This document shows positions 53,045 to 64,000 of a DNA stretch of 64,000 nt, one piece after another (within the stretch, counting starts at the first letter, position 1; each line of letters opens with the position of its first letter). Both the position numbers and the translations under genes were made by a program. Origin of the DNA: Mobula hypostoma. Lineage: Eukaryota. The notes under the pieces are model-generated. The model was not told the origin of the DNA. It saw only the letters and a program-made list of their open reading frames with translations, and searched no databases. Where the stretch lies: positions 78,556,001-78,620,000 of the forward strand of contig NC_086097.1 in the NCBI RefSeq assembly GCF_963921235.1, written 5' to 3'.

Positions 53045-53694
53045 TCTTAAAAGACCCTATTGTTTCTGCCTTCACCGCTGCTGCCAGCAGCCGATTCCAC
53101 GCACTCACTATTCTGCAGAAAAATAGATGAGGAATAAGCTTTTCCCCTCAGTTTGTTGGAATTCTCTACACCTCTCTGCCATGGAAGCAGAGTCATTTAA
53201 TATATCCAAGGAGAGTGGAAGACATTTAAACTAAAAGGGAGTGAACTATGGGGAGAGAAAGCAGGAAAAATGGTGTTGAGACCAAGACTGGATTAGCCAT
53301 AATGCTTTTGAAAGGCAAAGCAGACACAAGGGGATAATGGCCTATTCCTGCTACTGCTATTTCTCTTGAAAATCATGAGATACCAGGGGTAAAATGCAGC
53401 CATCAAGTTCTGGAGATTCTTATCTCCTAATCCCCTAGTTTTCAGGCCAGTTTGTGCACCAACACTCTGTTATTCTTGCAGAACACTTCAGCGTTTCAAT
53501 TTCCTCTTCTTGTTTTCCAGCCTGCGAATAATTGGCCTCCTCCCAAGAAGAGAAGTTAGCTGTTCCAACCTAAAGAAACTTGAACTATCAACAAAGTTGC
53601 TGACTGAGCTGTCAGCAATATGTGCCAATCAGACTTGCTTCCTACAAAGCTATCCCATAACAAGAAATGCAAAACTATTTCAGTGTTTCAATAT

Positions 53695-53758
53695 CTGGGG
53701 TTCCCTACCTGGGGGAAACAGACCCCTCATGGCATAAAAAAAAGGCTGGGAACCCCTG
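53695..53758. mobile_element. Possible 64-bp hAT MITE
   Basis: Ends CTGGGGTTCCCTACCT and AGGCTGGGAACCCCTG are imperfect Charlie-like TIRs; the TSD is poor (5/8). Confidence 0.45.
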
Positions 53759-56700
53759 TTTCAGATTGTTAAATGATTAATAACTGATAGATTGATTCTT
53801 GATTAACATTTTGTTCCTCTCAATGAAATTCATGACACTTAATTTGTAATTTCCTCTCTCTCAGTATTTGAAAGGCAAGCTTTGGTTAGGCAACCCACAC
53901 TAAGGTATTTAATCTTAATTCAGAAACATTAACCAATACACATACAAAATAAAGATACAGTGTGTTGACATTTGAGCAATACAAAAGCAAATCCAGTGTT
54001 CAAGCGCCAAATGTTCAATGATGAAAGCCCACAAGTTTAGATCATTCGAAATAAAGTTAACATTACAAAACAAGATAAACCACTGAATTAAAGGGTATTT
54101 TATATCACCAGAAAAGAGGAATTGTTGAGCAATATTTTAATGTTATCCATAAAGGACAGTCCTTAGCCTGTTAGCCACAATTGATTAGTAATTATTTTTC
54201 TCAAACTTGGTGTCCACGCTGGTTAGATAGCTGAACTTTTTCTTTATGGATGTAACTTGTTTGTTCGTAGTTTAGTGAACAGTACACCATCAAATAACCA
54301 GCATATCAGATAGGCTCTAGCCTGCAGTAAATTGGCTAACTTTAACTTGGGCAGGATTGAGAGCTGCTATAGATTCTTTCCCGTGGAAGGAAAGGGAAAG
54401 AAGTTCTGCGAGTGTTTCAAGTTGTGACAGCTAAATTCGGCATGTGAAAAATGTGACAAAATTATAGGTAATGTACTTTTTCAGGAAATGTAGATGATGA
54501 CCCAGTAATTATAACACACCTTTACTGTCTTGCTAGTAGAATCATCCCATGGCCCCATTTCCATCTGGGGCTTGCCATGAAAACTTCAATATTCGACGCC
54601 TTGAACCTACAGTAAGCATTGCAAAAATTATTTGTGCATTTTCACATGGTCACTGAACATAAGCCATCCAGAACCAAGACCCTGTTCAGGAACTTGGGGG
54701 CTTGCTGAAAGAGCAGGTTGGAAGTCCAGAGAGCTTGAACAAGGCATGCAGGGATTATAAATTATTATAGATCTCTACTGCAGAGAAGTATACGTGTTCA
54801 GTCATTGAATATATTCAAGGCTAGGATAAATAAATTCTAGGATTGTCAGGGAATCAGAAGACAAAGGAATACGGTAGTAAAGACAAGTGGTAAAGAATCA
54901 TCCATGATCTTACTGAATTGCACAGAAGTCTCAAGCAATTATTTGGTCTAATCCCCAACTCTAATAAAGTTTCTGCTAATGTTAAATTGTGGAAATCTGA
55001 TTTTAAGCCCTGCCCTGATTACAGAACAAAACAGAATAGTAACTCACTGTTATTAGACTGTTAAATAGATGTCAGCTTAAGTGGTGCAGTCAAATAATAG
55101 ACTTTCTATAAAACAAAGCATTTCTCTTTCAATTACACATAGTACCCATGAAATTCAGCACTGCTTGGACATTACAGGAGCGATTTGCTTCAAAATTAAA
55201 ATAACTTGTCATTTTGAGAACACAGCAGCATGTGAGAAACACCTGCACCCACAGAAGTACCCACAAGTTCCCAGGTGGTAACATTGATGAGCAGAAGTTA
55301 GGACAGTTTTAGTAGTCTACACAATATGGTGTTGCCGAAAAATTGATAGGCTTCAAATGGCAATCTGTGGCATTATTGAGGTGTTTCCATGGCAGTTCAT
55401 GACAGTGCAGCATACTGGAAAGATGTGGGAAACTCACACAGAGCTTAATCACAAGCCAAAAGAAGGAGAAGGCAATGGTGTGGAAAATAATGCACTCAGT
55501 ACAATGTCCAACCAAGCAAGAGTATTTTGAGGTTTTTTTGTTCTTCCATCTTTAATGAGGAGACTCTGCTTCACTATCAAAATCCTGACTTGATAGACCA
55601 CATGCTGCAGCCACAAATATAACCACAAACTGCCAGAATCAGTTGTCAATATCTGTGAAGGTCATAGTGGCCATAAAATTTTATAATTCTGGATTTTTAC
55701 GGACTGAAGTATGAGTCATCTGCAACAGTAGTAGAAAATATGGCAAACATCTTTGAAAAATGCCCTTGAACAGCCATGAGCCTTGACAGTATTGAAATTG
55801 AATGTACAATTCTGCATAAACTCCAGTGGACTGGGTTGACAGGCTGTCAACCTGATAGATAAAGCAGCAGAAAACAACAGACTGATGTTCCACAAAATAT
55901 GGCCAAATGCATCATCAGTGTGGCATTCATCAGTCATAATCTGCTGGGGAACAGTTTTGTGGTCTTGCAAAATTTAACCAAACTTCTTTTAACATTGATT
56001 TTCAAAACCAGACTGACAGTATTCAGAGATTCCAAGGCTGCAAACAATCTTACAGAAGACTGAGTGTTTGCAAAGAGAATCATTTAAGCTATCACTGCAA
56101 ACTCAGATGTTAGCTTCTGCTTGTGTTACAGTGGAAACGTATGCATCAGATGCTGCATAAGCACTTGCTGATCCAAGGTTTGGGTGAGTCAATACACTAA
56201 GGGATGGATGCAAGCCAGTGAGGGCAAGGTGGAATAAGTGAACATATGAAAGTTACATGCCAGTTTTGACTGCTAAGAGAATTTTGGAAAGTGAATTGAG
56301 AGCTTGGAAGGATGTGAAGGGATTTGGGGGGGGGGTTGTTTTGATGGTAATAAGGTAGTTGTACTGATCTGTTTCAGGTCTGGCGGTATACTTGGTGGAG
56401 GATAACATTTGAGTACATACTTACCGATCTTCATCATTCATAGGTGATCACCAAATTTTTTTGTGGTACTACGTCCCTGTCTTTTGAGCTTTACTCCTGA
56501 CATTAACATGTTCTGCTGTCTTTACTCACTTGCACTTTTCAAATACCTGGAAGCTTTCCTGACTTCCAAAAGATTAAGGATTTATTTCCACCTCATGATT
56601 CAAGGCTCCAAGCAACGCATCTGACAATGTGGTTTCTCAGTCTCACCTGTGCCCATTCATGTCTCACAGCAGGAAGAAAAGACCTCTTAAATAATTTGCA

Positions 56701-57496
56701 AAGACACTTACAGCCACAAAAGACAATCTATTTAAGAAAAGCAAACTGGCTTTTAATCAGTGCCAGCGAACTTGAACTGTTTCTATTTATTCGCCATATT
56801 GTATTGCTTTATGACCAAAAAACATTTAAATAGCATGTGCCTGGCACAATTTATTTGTTATAAGATCAGGATGATAGCCTAGTTTACACTTCTAATTATA
56901 AAGCACCTGTGTGTATACCACATTAATATCGAATTTCCAAAATAAAAGCTGAAACATCCAAAAATAATTTGATTTTTCACAAGTTACATTTTCATACCAG
57001 TACCTTCTAATCCATATAGTTTATCAATGTTAAGTGTTACTAATGTACACCATGATATTTCAACTCACGGCAGTTCTTGTTTTAAGAAGCATTACAGAGA
57101 ATACATTAATGTAAACCTTAAAAATGGTTCACTGGAAAGTCTGCATCTAATAACAATTTGAACTAGCATAAAATTTATAATAAAAATGTTGCATCAACAA
57201 AATATTGTACATACTTAGTGAAAGATGAAATACTTAGCTGAAATACAAAATGAGTTGATGAATACATATTAATTTCTCCAACATACTGCAAAAAAGGTAC
57301 TTAATTTATAAATTGCTTGTTCTTCTACTCAATCAATCTCATGCAAGTTACTCATTTGTTTGAGTCATTTGTTAATCAAATACATAACCATTTCAGAGAA
57401 AGTGTATAAAATTTTATGGTAATCATATTTTAAACATTTATACTCTTCACAGATAAATTAATTATGTACTTTCCATTGAATATATTTATATCTTAC

Positions 57497-57670
57497 CTGA
57501 TTATTCCAGATTTGTACACTGGATCTTGTGCTTGTTTTCATGGGTATATTCTCAGCTGAAAGGTAAACTTGCAGTTTAGCATCAATCTCAGCCAACTGTT
57601 GTTGCTCTATGGGTTCTGGCGTATATCCATCCCTTTCTGCCACTGTTACTGCCCAGGGCATCAAAGTATC
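57497..57670 (-). CDS. FSIP1: Internal coding exon of fibrous sheath-interacting protein 1-like gene (174 bp, phase 0-0)
   Basis: tttgttag acceptor and gtaag donor. Peptide DTLMPWAVTVAERDGYTPEPIEQQQLAEIDAKLQ...WNNQ matches my recollection of vertebrate FSIP1 (GY...QQLAEIDIKLQ...NNQ). Confidence 0.75.
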
Positions 57671-58230
57671 CTAACAAACAATAATATGTAAAACTTCAAA
57701 GTATTATTTGTGTATATAAGAGTAAAACTCATTTTTTACATCTGAGAACCAGAGCATAGGAAGCAGCCGGGTGAAAACATTTATTCTCTGCAACACTGAT
57801 GGAACAGAGTTTAATACAGAAAAAAGATAAAAGAAGAAAAGCTTGAGAGAGGCTATTTAGCATTACATAAAATGTATGATGGTAATTAATCAAGTGGTAG
57901 GGAGTCAACAGATAATCGTGTACAAAATTCAGAAATCACTAGTAGTGCCAATGAATTCCACAGATTCACTACCCTCTGACTAAAGTAATTCCTCCTCATC
58001 TTTGTTCGAATGGATGTCCCTCTATTCTGTGCCCTCTGGTCCTCATAATGGACTCATTGTAGATGTTTCCAGTACTGCACTCACCCACCATAGGAAATCT
58101 TCCCAAATCTACTCTATCCAAGCCTTACAATCTTCGATTGGGGAGAGGAGATCTCATTGAAACCTTTCTTCTAAACTCCAATGAGCACAGGCACAGAATC
58201 ATCAAACACTCCTCGTGCATTAATCCTATC

Positions 58231-59327
58231 AGGCAAAGAGTGGTTGTAGACAGGTAATATTCTGCATGGAGGTCAGTCACCAATGGAGTGCCTCAGGGAT
58301 CTGTTCTGGGACCCTTACTCTTCGTGATTTTTATTAATGACCTGGATGAGGAAGTGGAGGGATGGATTAGTAAGTTTGCTGATGACACAAAGGTTGGAGG
58401 TGTTGTGAATAGGGTGGAGGGCTGTCAGAGGTTACAGCGGGACACTGATAGGATGCAAAACTGGGCTCAGAAGTGGCAGATGGATTTCAACCCACATAAG
58501 TGTGAAGTGGTTCATTTTGGTAGGTCAAATATGATGGCAGAATATAGTATTAATGATAAGACTCTTGGAAGTGTGGAGGATCAGAGGGATCTTGGGGTCT
58601 GAGTCCATAGGACGCTCAAAGAAGCTGCGCAGGTTGACTTTGTGGTTAAGAAGGTGTACGGTGTATTGGCCTTCATCAATCATGGAATTGAATTTAGGAG
58701 CCAAGAGGTAATGTTGCAGCTATATAGGACCCTGGTCAGACCCCACTTGGAGTACTGTGCTCAGTTCTGGTCGCCTCACTACAGGAAGGATGTGGAAGCC
58801 ATAGAAAGGGTGCAGAGGAGATTTACAAGGATGTTGCCTGGCTTGGGGAGCATGCCTTATGAGAATAGGTTGAGTGAACTTGGCCCTTTCTCCATGGAGC
58901 GACAGAAGATGAGAGGTGACCTGATAGAGGTGTATAAGATGATCAGATGCATTGATCATGTGGTTAGTCAGAGGCCTTTTCCTAGGGCTGAAATGGTTGC
59001 CACAAGAGGACACAGGTTTAAGGTGCTGGGGAGTAGGAATGGGCTGCCGGCAACGGTGGTAGAGGTGGATACGATAGGGTCTTTTAAGAGGCTTTTGGAT
59101 AGGTACATGGAGCTTAGAAAAATAGAGGGCTATTTCACCGACCTCCATGCAGAATATTACCTGTCTACAACCACTCTTTGCCTGATAGGATTAATGCACG
59201 AGGAGTGTTTGATGATTCTGTGCCTGTGCTCATTGGAAATCCTAGTAATTTCTAAGGTAGGGACATGTTCGGCACAACTTTGTGGGCCGAAGGACCTGTA
59301 CTGTGCTGTAGGTTTTCTATGTTTCTA
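58231..59327 (+). mobile_element. Young 5'-truncated CR1 nested in the opposite orientation
   Basis: PQGSVLGPLLF, KFADDTK, RPHLEYCAQFWSP; GTTTCTAT tail. Confidence 0.9.
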
Positions 59328-60086
59328 TCATTCTCGTGAACTTCCTTTGGACTCTGTTCAATGTCTGCACATCTCTTTTTAGATAAGGGGCCCAAAACTG
59401 CTCACGATACACCAAGTGTGATCTGATCAATGCTTGATAAAGCCTCAGGTTTATATTCTTGTTCCTATATTCTAGTCCTCTCAAAATAAATGTATTTGCT
59501 TTCTTTACCACTGACTCAACCTGCAAGTTAACCTTTAGGGAACCCTGCACAAGGTCTTCCTAGTCCTTTTGCACCTCTGATTTGTTGAATTTTCTCCCCA
59601 TTTAGAAAATAGTCTACACCTTAATTCCTTCTACCAACATGCATGACCATCAACTTCCCTACACTATGTTCTACTTCTTTGCCCATTCTCCCAATCTGTC
59701 CAGGTCCTTCAGCAGACACCCTGCTTTCTCAACACTATCTGCCCCTCCACCCATCTTCATATTGTCCACAAACTTTACCACAAAACCATTAATTTTGTCT
59801 TCCAAATTATTGGCATATAATGTGAAAAGAAGCAGTCCCATTACAGACCCCTGAGGAACACCACTCATCACCAGCAGCCAGCCAGAACAGGCTCCCTATA
59901 TTCCCACTCATTGCCTCCTGCAGGTCAGCCAATCTTCTATCAATGCTAGCATCTTTCATGTAATACCATGGGTTCTTATCTTATTTATCAGTCTCATACA
60001 TGGCGCCTTCTCAAAGGCCTTCGGGGAATCCAAGGAAATAACATCAACTGGCTGGCCTTTGTCTATCCTATCTATTTGTCTATCTA

Positions 60087-60146
60087 TTCACCAGCAACTT
60101 TGATGTATGTTGCTTGAATTTCCAGCATCTGCAGAATTCCTGTTGT
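60087..60146 (+). mobile_element. 60-bp terminal fragment of the young PLE family
   Basis: 59/60 identical to 5267-5326; TSD CTTTGTCTATCCT at 60057-60069 and 60147-60159. Confidence 0.88.
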
Positions 60147-63100
60147 CTTTGTCTATCCTGCCTGTTATTTCCTCAAAGAGTTCCAACAGATTTGTTACGC
60201 AAGATTTCCTCTTAAGGAAACCATGCTGGCTTTGACCTACTTTATCATGTGCCTCCAAGTACCCCGCAACCTCATCCTTAATAACGGACTCCAACATCTT
60301 CCCAACCACTGAAGTCAGGCTAACTGGCCTATAATTTCCTTTCTTCTGCCTCACTCCTTTCTTAGAGTGACATTTGCAATTTTCCTATCCTCCAGAACCA
60401 TTCTAGAATCTAGTGATTCTTGAAAGATCACTACTGACGTCTCTGCAATCTCTTCAACTACCTCTTTCAGAACACTAGGGTGTGGTCCAGCTGGTCCAGG
60501 TGATCTAACTATCTTCAGCCCTTCCAGCTCCCCATGCACCTCTTCGGTAATAACAACTACACTCACTTCTGCCCCTGACACACTCAAATTGCTGGTATCA
60601 CCACTCATGTCTTCCACAGTGAAGACTGATGCAAAATACTTATTCAGTTTGCCTGCCGTTTCTTTGTCCCCCATTGCTACCTCTCCAGCATCATCTTCTA
60701 TCAGTCCAATATCCACTTGTCTCTCTTTTACTGTTCATATATCTGAAAAATCTTAAAGTATTCTCTTTTGCATTACCTTCACATTTCATCTAGTCTCACC
60801 TCGTAGCCTTTTTAGTTATCTTCTGTTGGATTTTAAAAGCTTCCTAGTCCTCTAAAAATCCACTAATTATTTCTATATTATATACCCTCTCTCTTGCTTT
60901 AATGCTGTCTTTGGATTCCCTTGTCAACCACTGTAGCATCATCCTTCCTTTAGAATACTTCTTCCTCATAGGCATGTGCCTAGCATGTAGCTTCCGAGTT
61001 GCCCCAGAAACTCCAGCCATCGAGGTTCTGCTGTCATCCCTGGTAATGTCCCTTTCCAATCAACTTTTCCCGACTCTTCTCTCATACCTCTAATTCCCAT
61101 TACTCCACTGTAACATTGATATGTCTGACCTTATCTTCAGCCTCTCAGACTGCAGGGTAAATTCCATTATACTATGATCTGTCTCCTAAAGGTTCCTTTA
61201 CTTAAACTCGCTAATCAAATCTGGTTCATTACACAACACCCATTTCAGGATTGTCTTTTTCCTTGAGAGCTCAAAAACAAGCTGCTCTAAAACGCCATCT
61301 CTTAAGCATTCTAAAAATTTCATTTCTTGAGATCTAACACCAACCTGATTTTTCCATTTTACCTGCATATTGAAATTACCCCATGACTATTGTTACATTG
61401 TCTTTATTACGTGCCTTTTCTATCTCCCATTGTAATTTATATCCCACATCCTAGTTAATGTTTGGAGGCCTATATACAACTCCCATCAGGGCCTTTTAAC
61501 CCTTACACTCTCTTAACTCTACCCGCAAGGATTCTACATCTTCCAATCCTATGTCACCTCTTCCTAAGGATTTGATTTCATTTTTTACCAGAGACACACC
61601 ATACCATCTGCTTACCTACCCGACCATTTGATATAATGTGCATCCTGGGATGTTTAGCTCACAGCTATGATCTTCTTATGGCCACAACTCAATGATGCTC
61701 ACGACATTATACCTACCAATCTCTAACTGCACTGCAAGATTATCTACCTTATTGCATATCCTGCATGTATTCAAATATAACACCTACAGTCCTGTATTTG
61801 CCACCCTTTTCAATTTTGTTGCCATGTTACACTTCAACTCATCCCACTGACTGCAATTATTCCATCATCTGCCTGTCTTTCCTCACAGTTTCACTACACA
61901 TTGTATCGATTTGTATACCAACTGCCCCATCGTCAGCCCTATCACTCCAGTTTCCACCGTCCTGCTAAATTAACTTAAATCCTCCCCAACACCCTCTACC
62001 AAACTTGCCCGCAAGGATTTTGGTCCCTTTTGGGTTCAGGTGTAACCCAGCCTTTTTCTACATGTCATACCTTTCCCAGAAGAAATCCCAATGATCCAGA
62101 AATTTAAAACCCTGCCTCCTGCACCACATCTTTAACTACTCATTCATCTGTAATATCATCCTATTTCTGCCCTGACGAGCATGTGGTATTGGGAGTAATC
62201 CAGAGATTGGAGATCTTGCTCTTCAGACTCTTCTTTAACTCCCTACACATACCATAGGGAGTATACTCACCATCTCCCTCCCGTCCTCTGTAAATTGGTG
62301 CCACAACCTCTGGCTGCTCACCCTCCCTCTAGAGAATCTTCTGCAGCTGCTCGCAGACATCCTGGACCCTAGCACCTGGGATACCATCCTGGTGTCTTTT
62401 GCATGGACAAAGAATCTCCTATCTATCTCCCTAACTGTAGTCTCTTATTGCAATTGCTCTTTCCTGCTGGGCCTCAGAGCCAGCCACAGTGCCACTAGCC
62501 CGGCTGATGCTGCTGTGCCCTGATAAGTCCACCCCCAGCAGTATCCAGAGGGTTGCTGAGGGGAACTCTGCCTTGACTACTTACTCCCTTTATTTCTCCT
62601 AGTGGTCACCCATCTACTATCTGAAGCCTGCACTCTGGGTGTGATAATTAAGCTTCTTTACAAGAAAGTAAACTTTAAGCTGCATGTAATAGCAATTCAA
62701 TAGTCATAGAATCTAGATTTGTCCTAGAAAATCCTTCGAGAAATATTGAAAAATATAAATATTAGAACAAATAAACAACAATATCATTTTTCTTAAAAGC
62801 ATTATGAACACAATCAATTCTGTAGAACAGTACTGGATTCATTTCCTTCAGCTTCCTGTTATCTACTACCAGCACCATAAGCTGCGATTTAGTATTTACA
62901 GCAATAGGCTCTTCATCAATGCCAATTAAAGCAATTGTATCTGTCATGTTCTAATAAAATGTGGTTTGAAGTGTTGACAGGATTTTAAGTAAGATAATTA
63001 TAAATCAATGCCAGATGAGAATCAGTACTATGTTCATTAAGATAAATCATTTTAGTTCCCTAGCATTGTTACATTCTAAAATGCAGTGAAGTGGTGAGCC

Positions 63101-63861
63101 ACATAAAACTCTTCTCAGGTTAATTTCAATGATTTTTCACTTTGTGGAGGCTGAGTTGGGAATGGAGAAGGGGAAATTAATCCAATTAATGGATCACACA
63201 GTCCGTGAGCATTCTCCGGTTGTACAAGTCATGGCAATTTATATATACTCAGTGATAGCAGCACAAGCTTTACAATGTACAAACGTACTGGTATCACTTC
63301 TGTACCAATCCCACACAAGAAGTCACATTGCCATTCTTCTGACTTCACCTTCCCTGCCATGTCACGTGCCTGTGTTTGGTACATGGTAGTCTCATGGCCA
63401 AAGTATCACTTTGTTCAATGAAAGCCTTGGTTACCATTCTGATGGGCCAATTCCCACATTCCTCACTGCAGCCTTCTTGTATTTCTTATGCTGTTACACA
63501 AACCAGCTCTGACTTATTTGATGGGGTAGAAATATACTTTTATCTAACACTATGCTTTCATAATATAATTTTAAGTTAATATTATAAACTGGGGATGTCC
63601 AAATATCTGTGCTATAAGATCCTTCAAAAAGGTTAGAGCTCAACACAGCAGTCACATTGCATGTTATTGATGCTTTAAATCCATTCCTTCTACAAATTGG
63701 TGATGTGCAAAAATTCTTTAGTTTAATGAACATCCTGAACATTCTTACTGAATAGCCCATCACCTCACATACCATATGAGGACACGCATGACAGCTCCCT
63801 CAACCCTCTTCCCCTACACAGTTCATACCAACTTTCTCTTCTGTCCATAACCACTTTCATA

Positions 63862-64000
63862 AGACTATAAGACATAGGAGGAGAATTAGGCCATTCAGTC
63901 CATCAAGTCTGCTCTACCATTCCATTATGGCTGATTTATTATCCCCATCAACCCCATCCTCTTGTCTTCTCCCCATAATCTTTGACACCTTGACTAATCA
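63862..64000 (-). mobile_element. CR1 3' end running off the window
   Basis: agactataagacataggaggagaattaggccattcag, as in the 19095 copy. Confidence 0.65.

Larger units (their letters stand above)
50950..53112 (-). mobile_element. Young CR1 3' end split by the hAT element (50950-51095 and 53045-53112), itself inside an older plus-strand CR1 3' end (~50760-53365)
   Basis: atagaaacatagaaaacctacagcacaatacaggcc is the reverse complement of the 6520-6808 family tail, and the sequence resumes after the TSD. Confidence 0.75.
57945..62640 (-). mobile_element. Near full-length decayed CR1 LINE (esterase-type ORF1 remnant plus ORF2), with two nested insertions
   Basis: ORF1 PGARVQDV near 62350-62380; ORF2 LNKYFASVFT, NYRPVSLTSVVGK, GVPQGSVMG, KFVDN; 3' part at 57945-58230. 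Confidence 0.85.

Noticed and set aside
56420..56560. Strong minus-strand donor-like CG/GTAAGTA
   Set aside because: Stops in all three frames shortly upstream.
58642..59382. 246-aa ORF with a novel C-terminus
   Set aside because: CR1 ORF2 fragment reading through the inverted 98-bp insert by chance.
62762..63775. Short ORFs near the window end as upstream FSIP1 exons
   Set aside because: No recognisable similarity or splice-supported frame.

Overview
AT-rich, repeat-dense vertebrate DNA; the repeat families suggest a cartilaginous fish (inference). There are no bacterial-type genes or CRISPR arrays. The only host coding sequence I can support is one 174-bp minus-strand exon (57497-57670) resembling FSIP1, so much of the window is probably intronic or flanking. 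Most long ORFs are fragments of CR1, Rex1/Babar-like and RTE LINEs. Also present are tRNA-derived SINEs, two solo LTRs, an internally deleted Charlie/Buster hAT transposon and Tc1/pogo-type MITEs. The highlight is a family of Penelope-like retroelements (RT plus GIY-YIG). A young copy forms a ~3.3-kb near-perfect palindrome (2043-5325) with a 14-bp TSD, a 30-nt unpaired tail and an intact-looking minimal type I hammerhead ribozyme in each arm. Older copies, a ~310-bp mini-copy and a 60-bp terminal-only insertion repeat parts of that architecture. A CR1 insertion also carries a perfect 98-bp inverted copy of its own 5' junction. LINE and SINE boundaries are approximate; TSD, TIR, ribozyme and exon coordinates were counted by hand.
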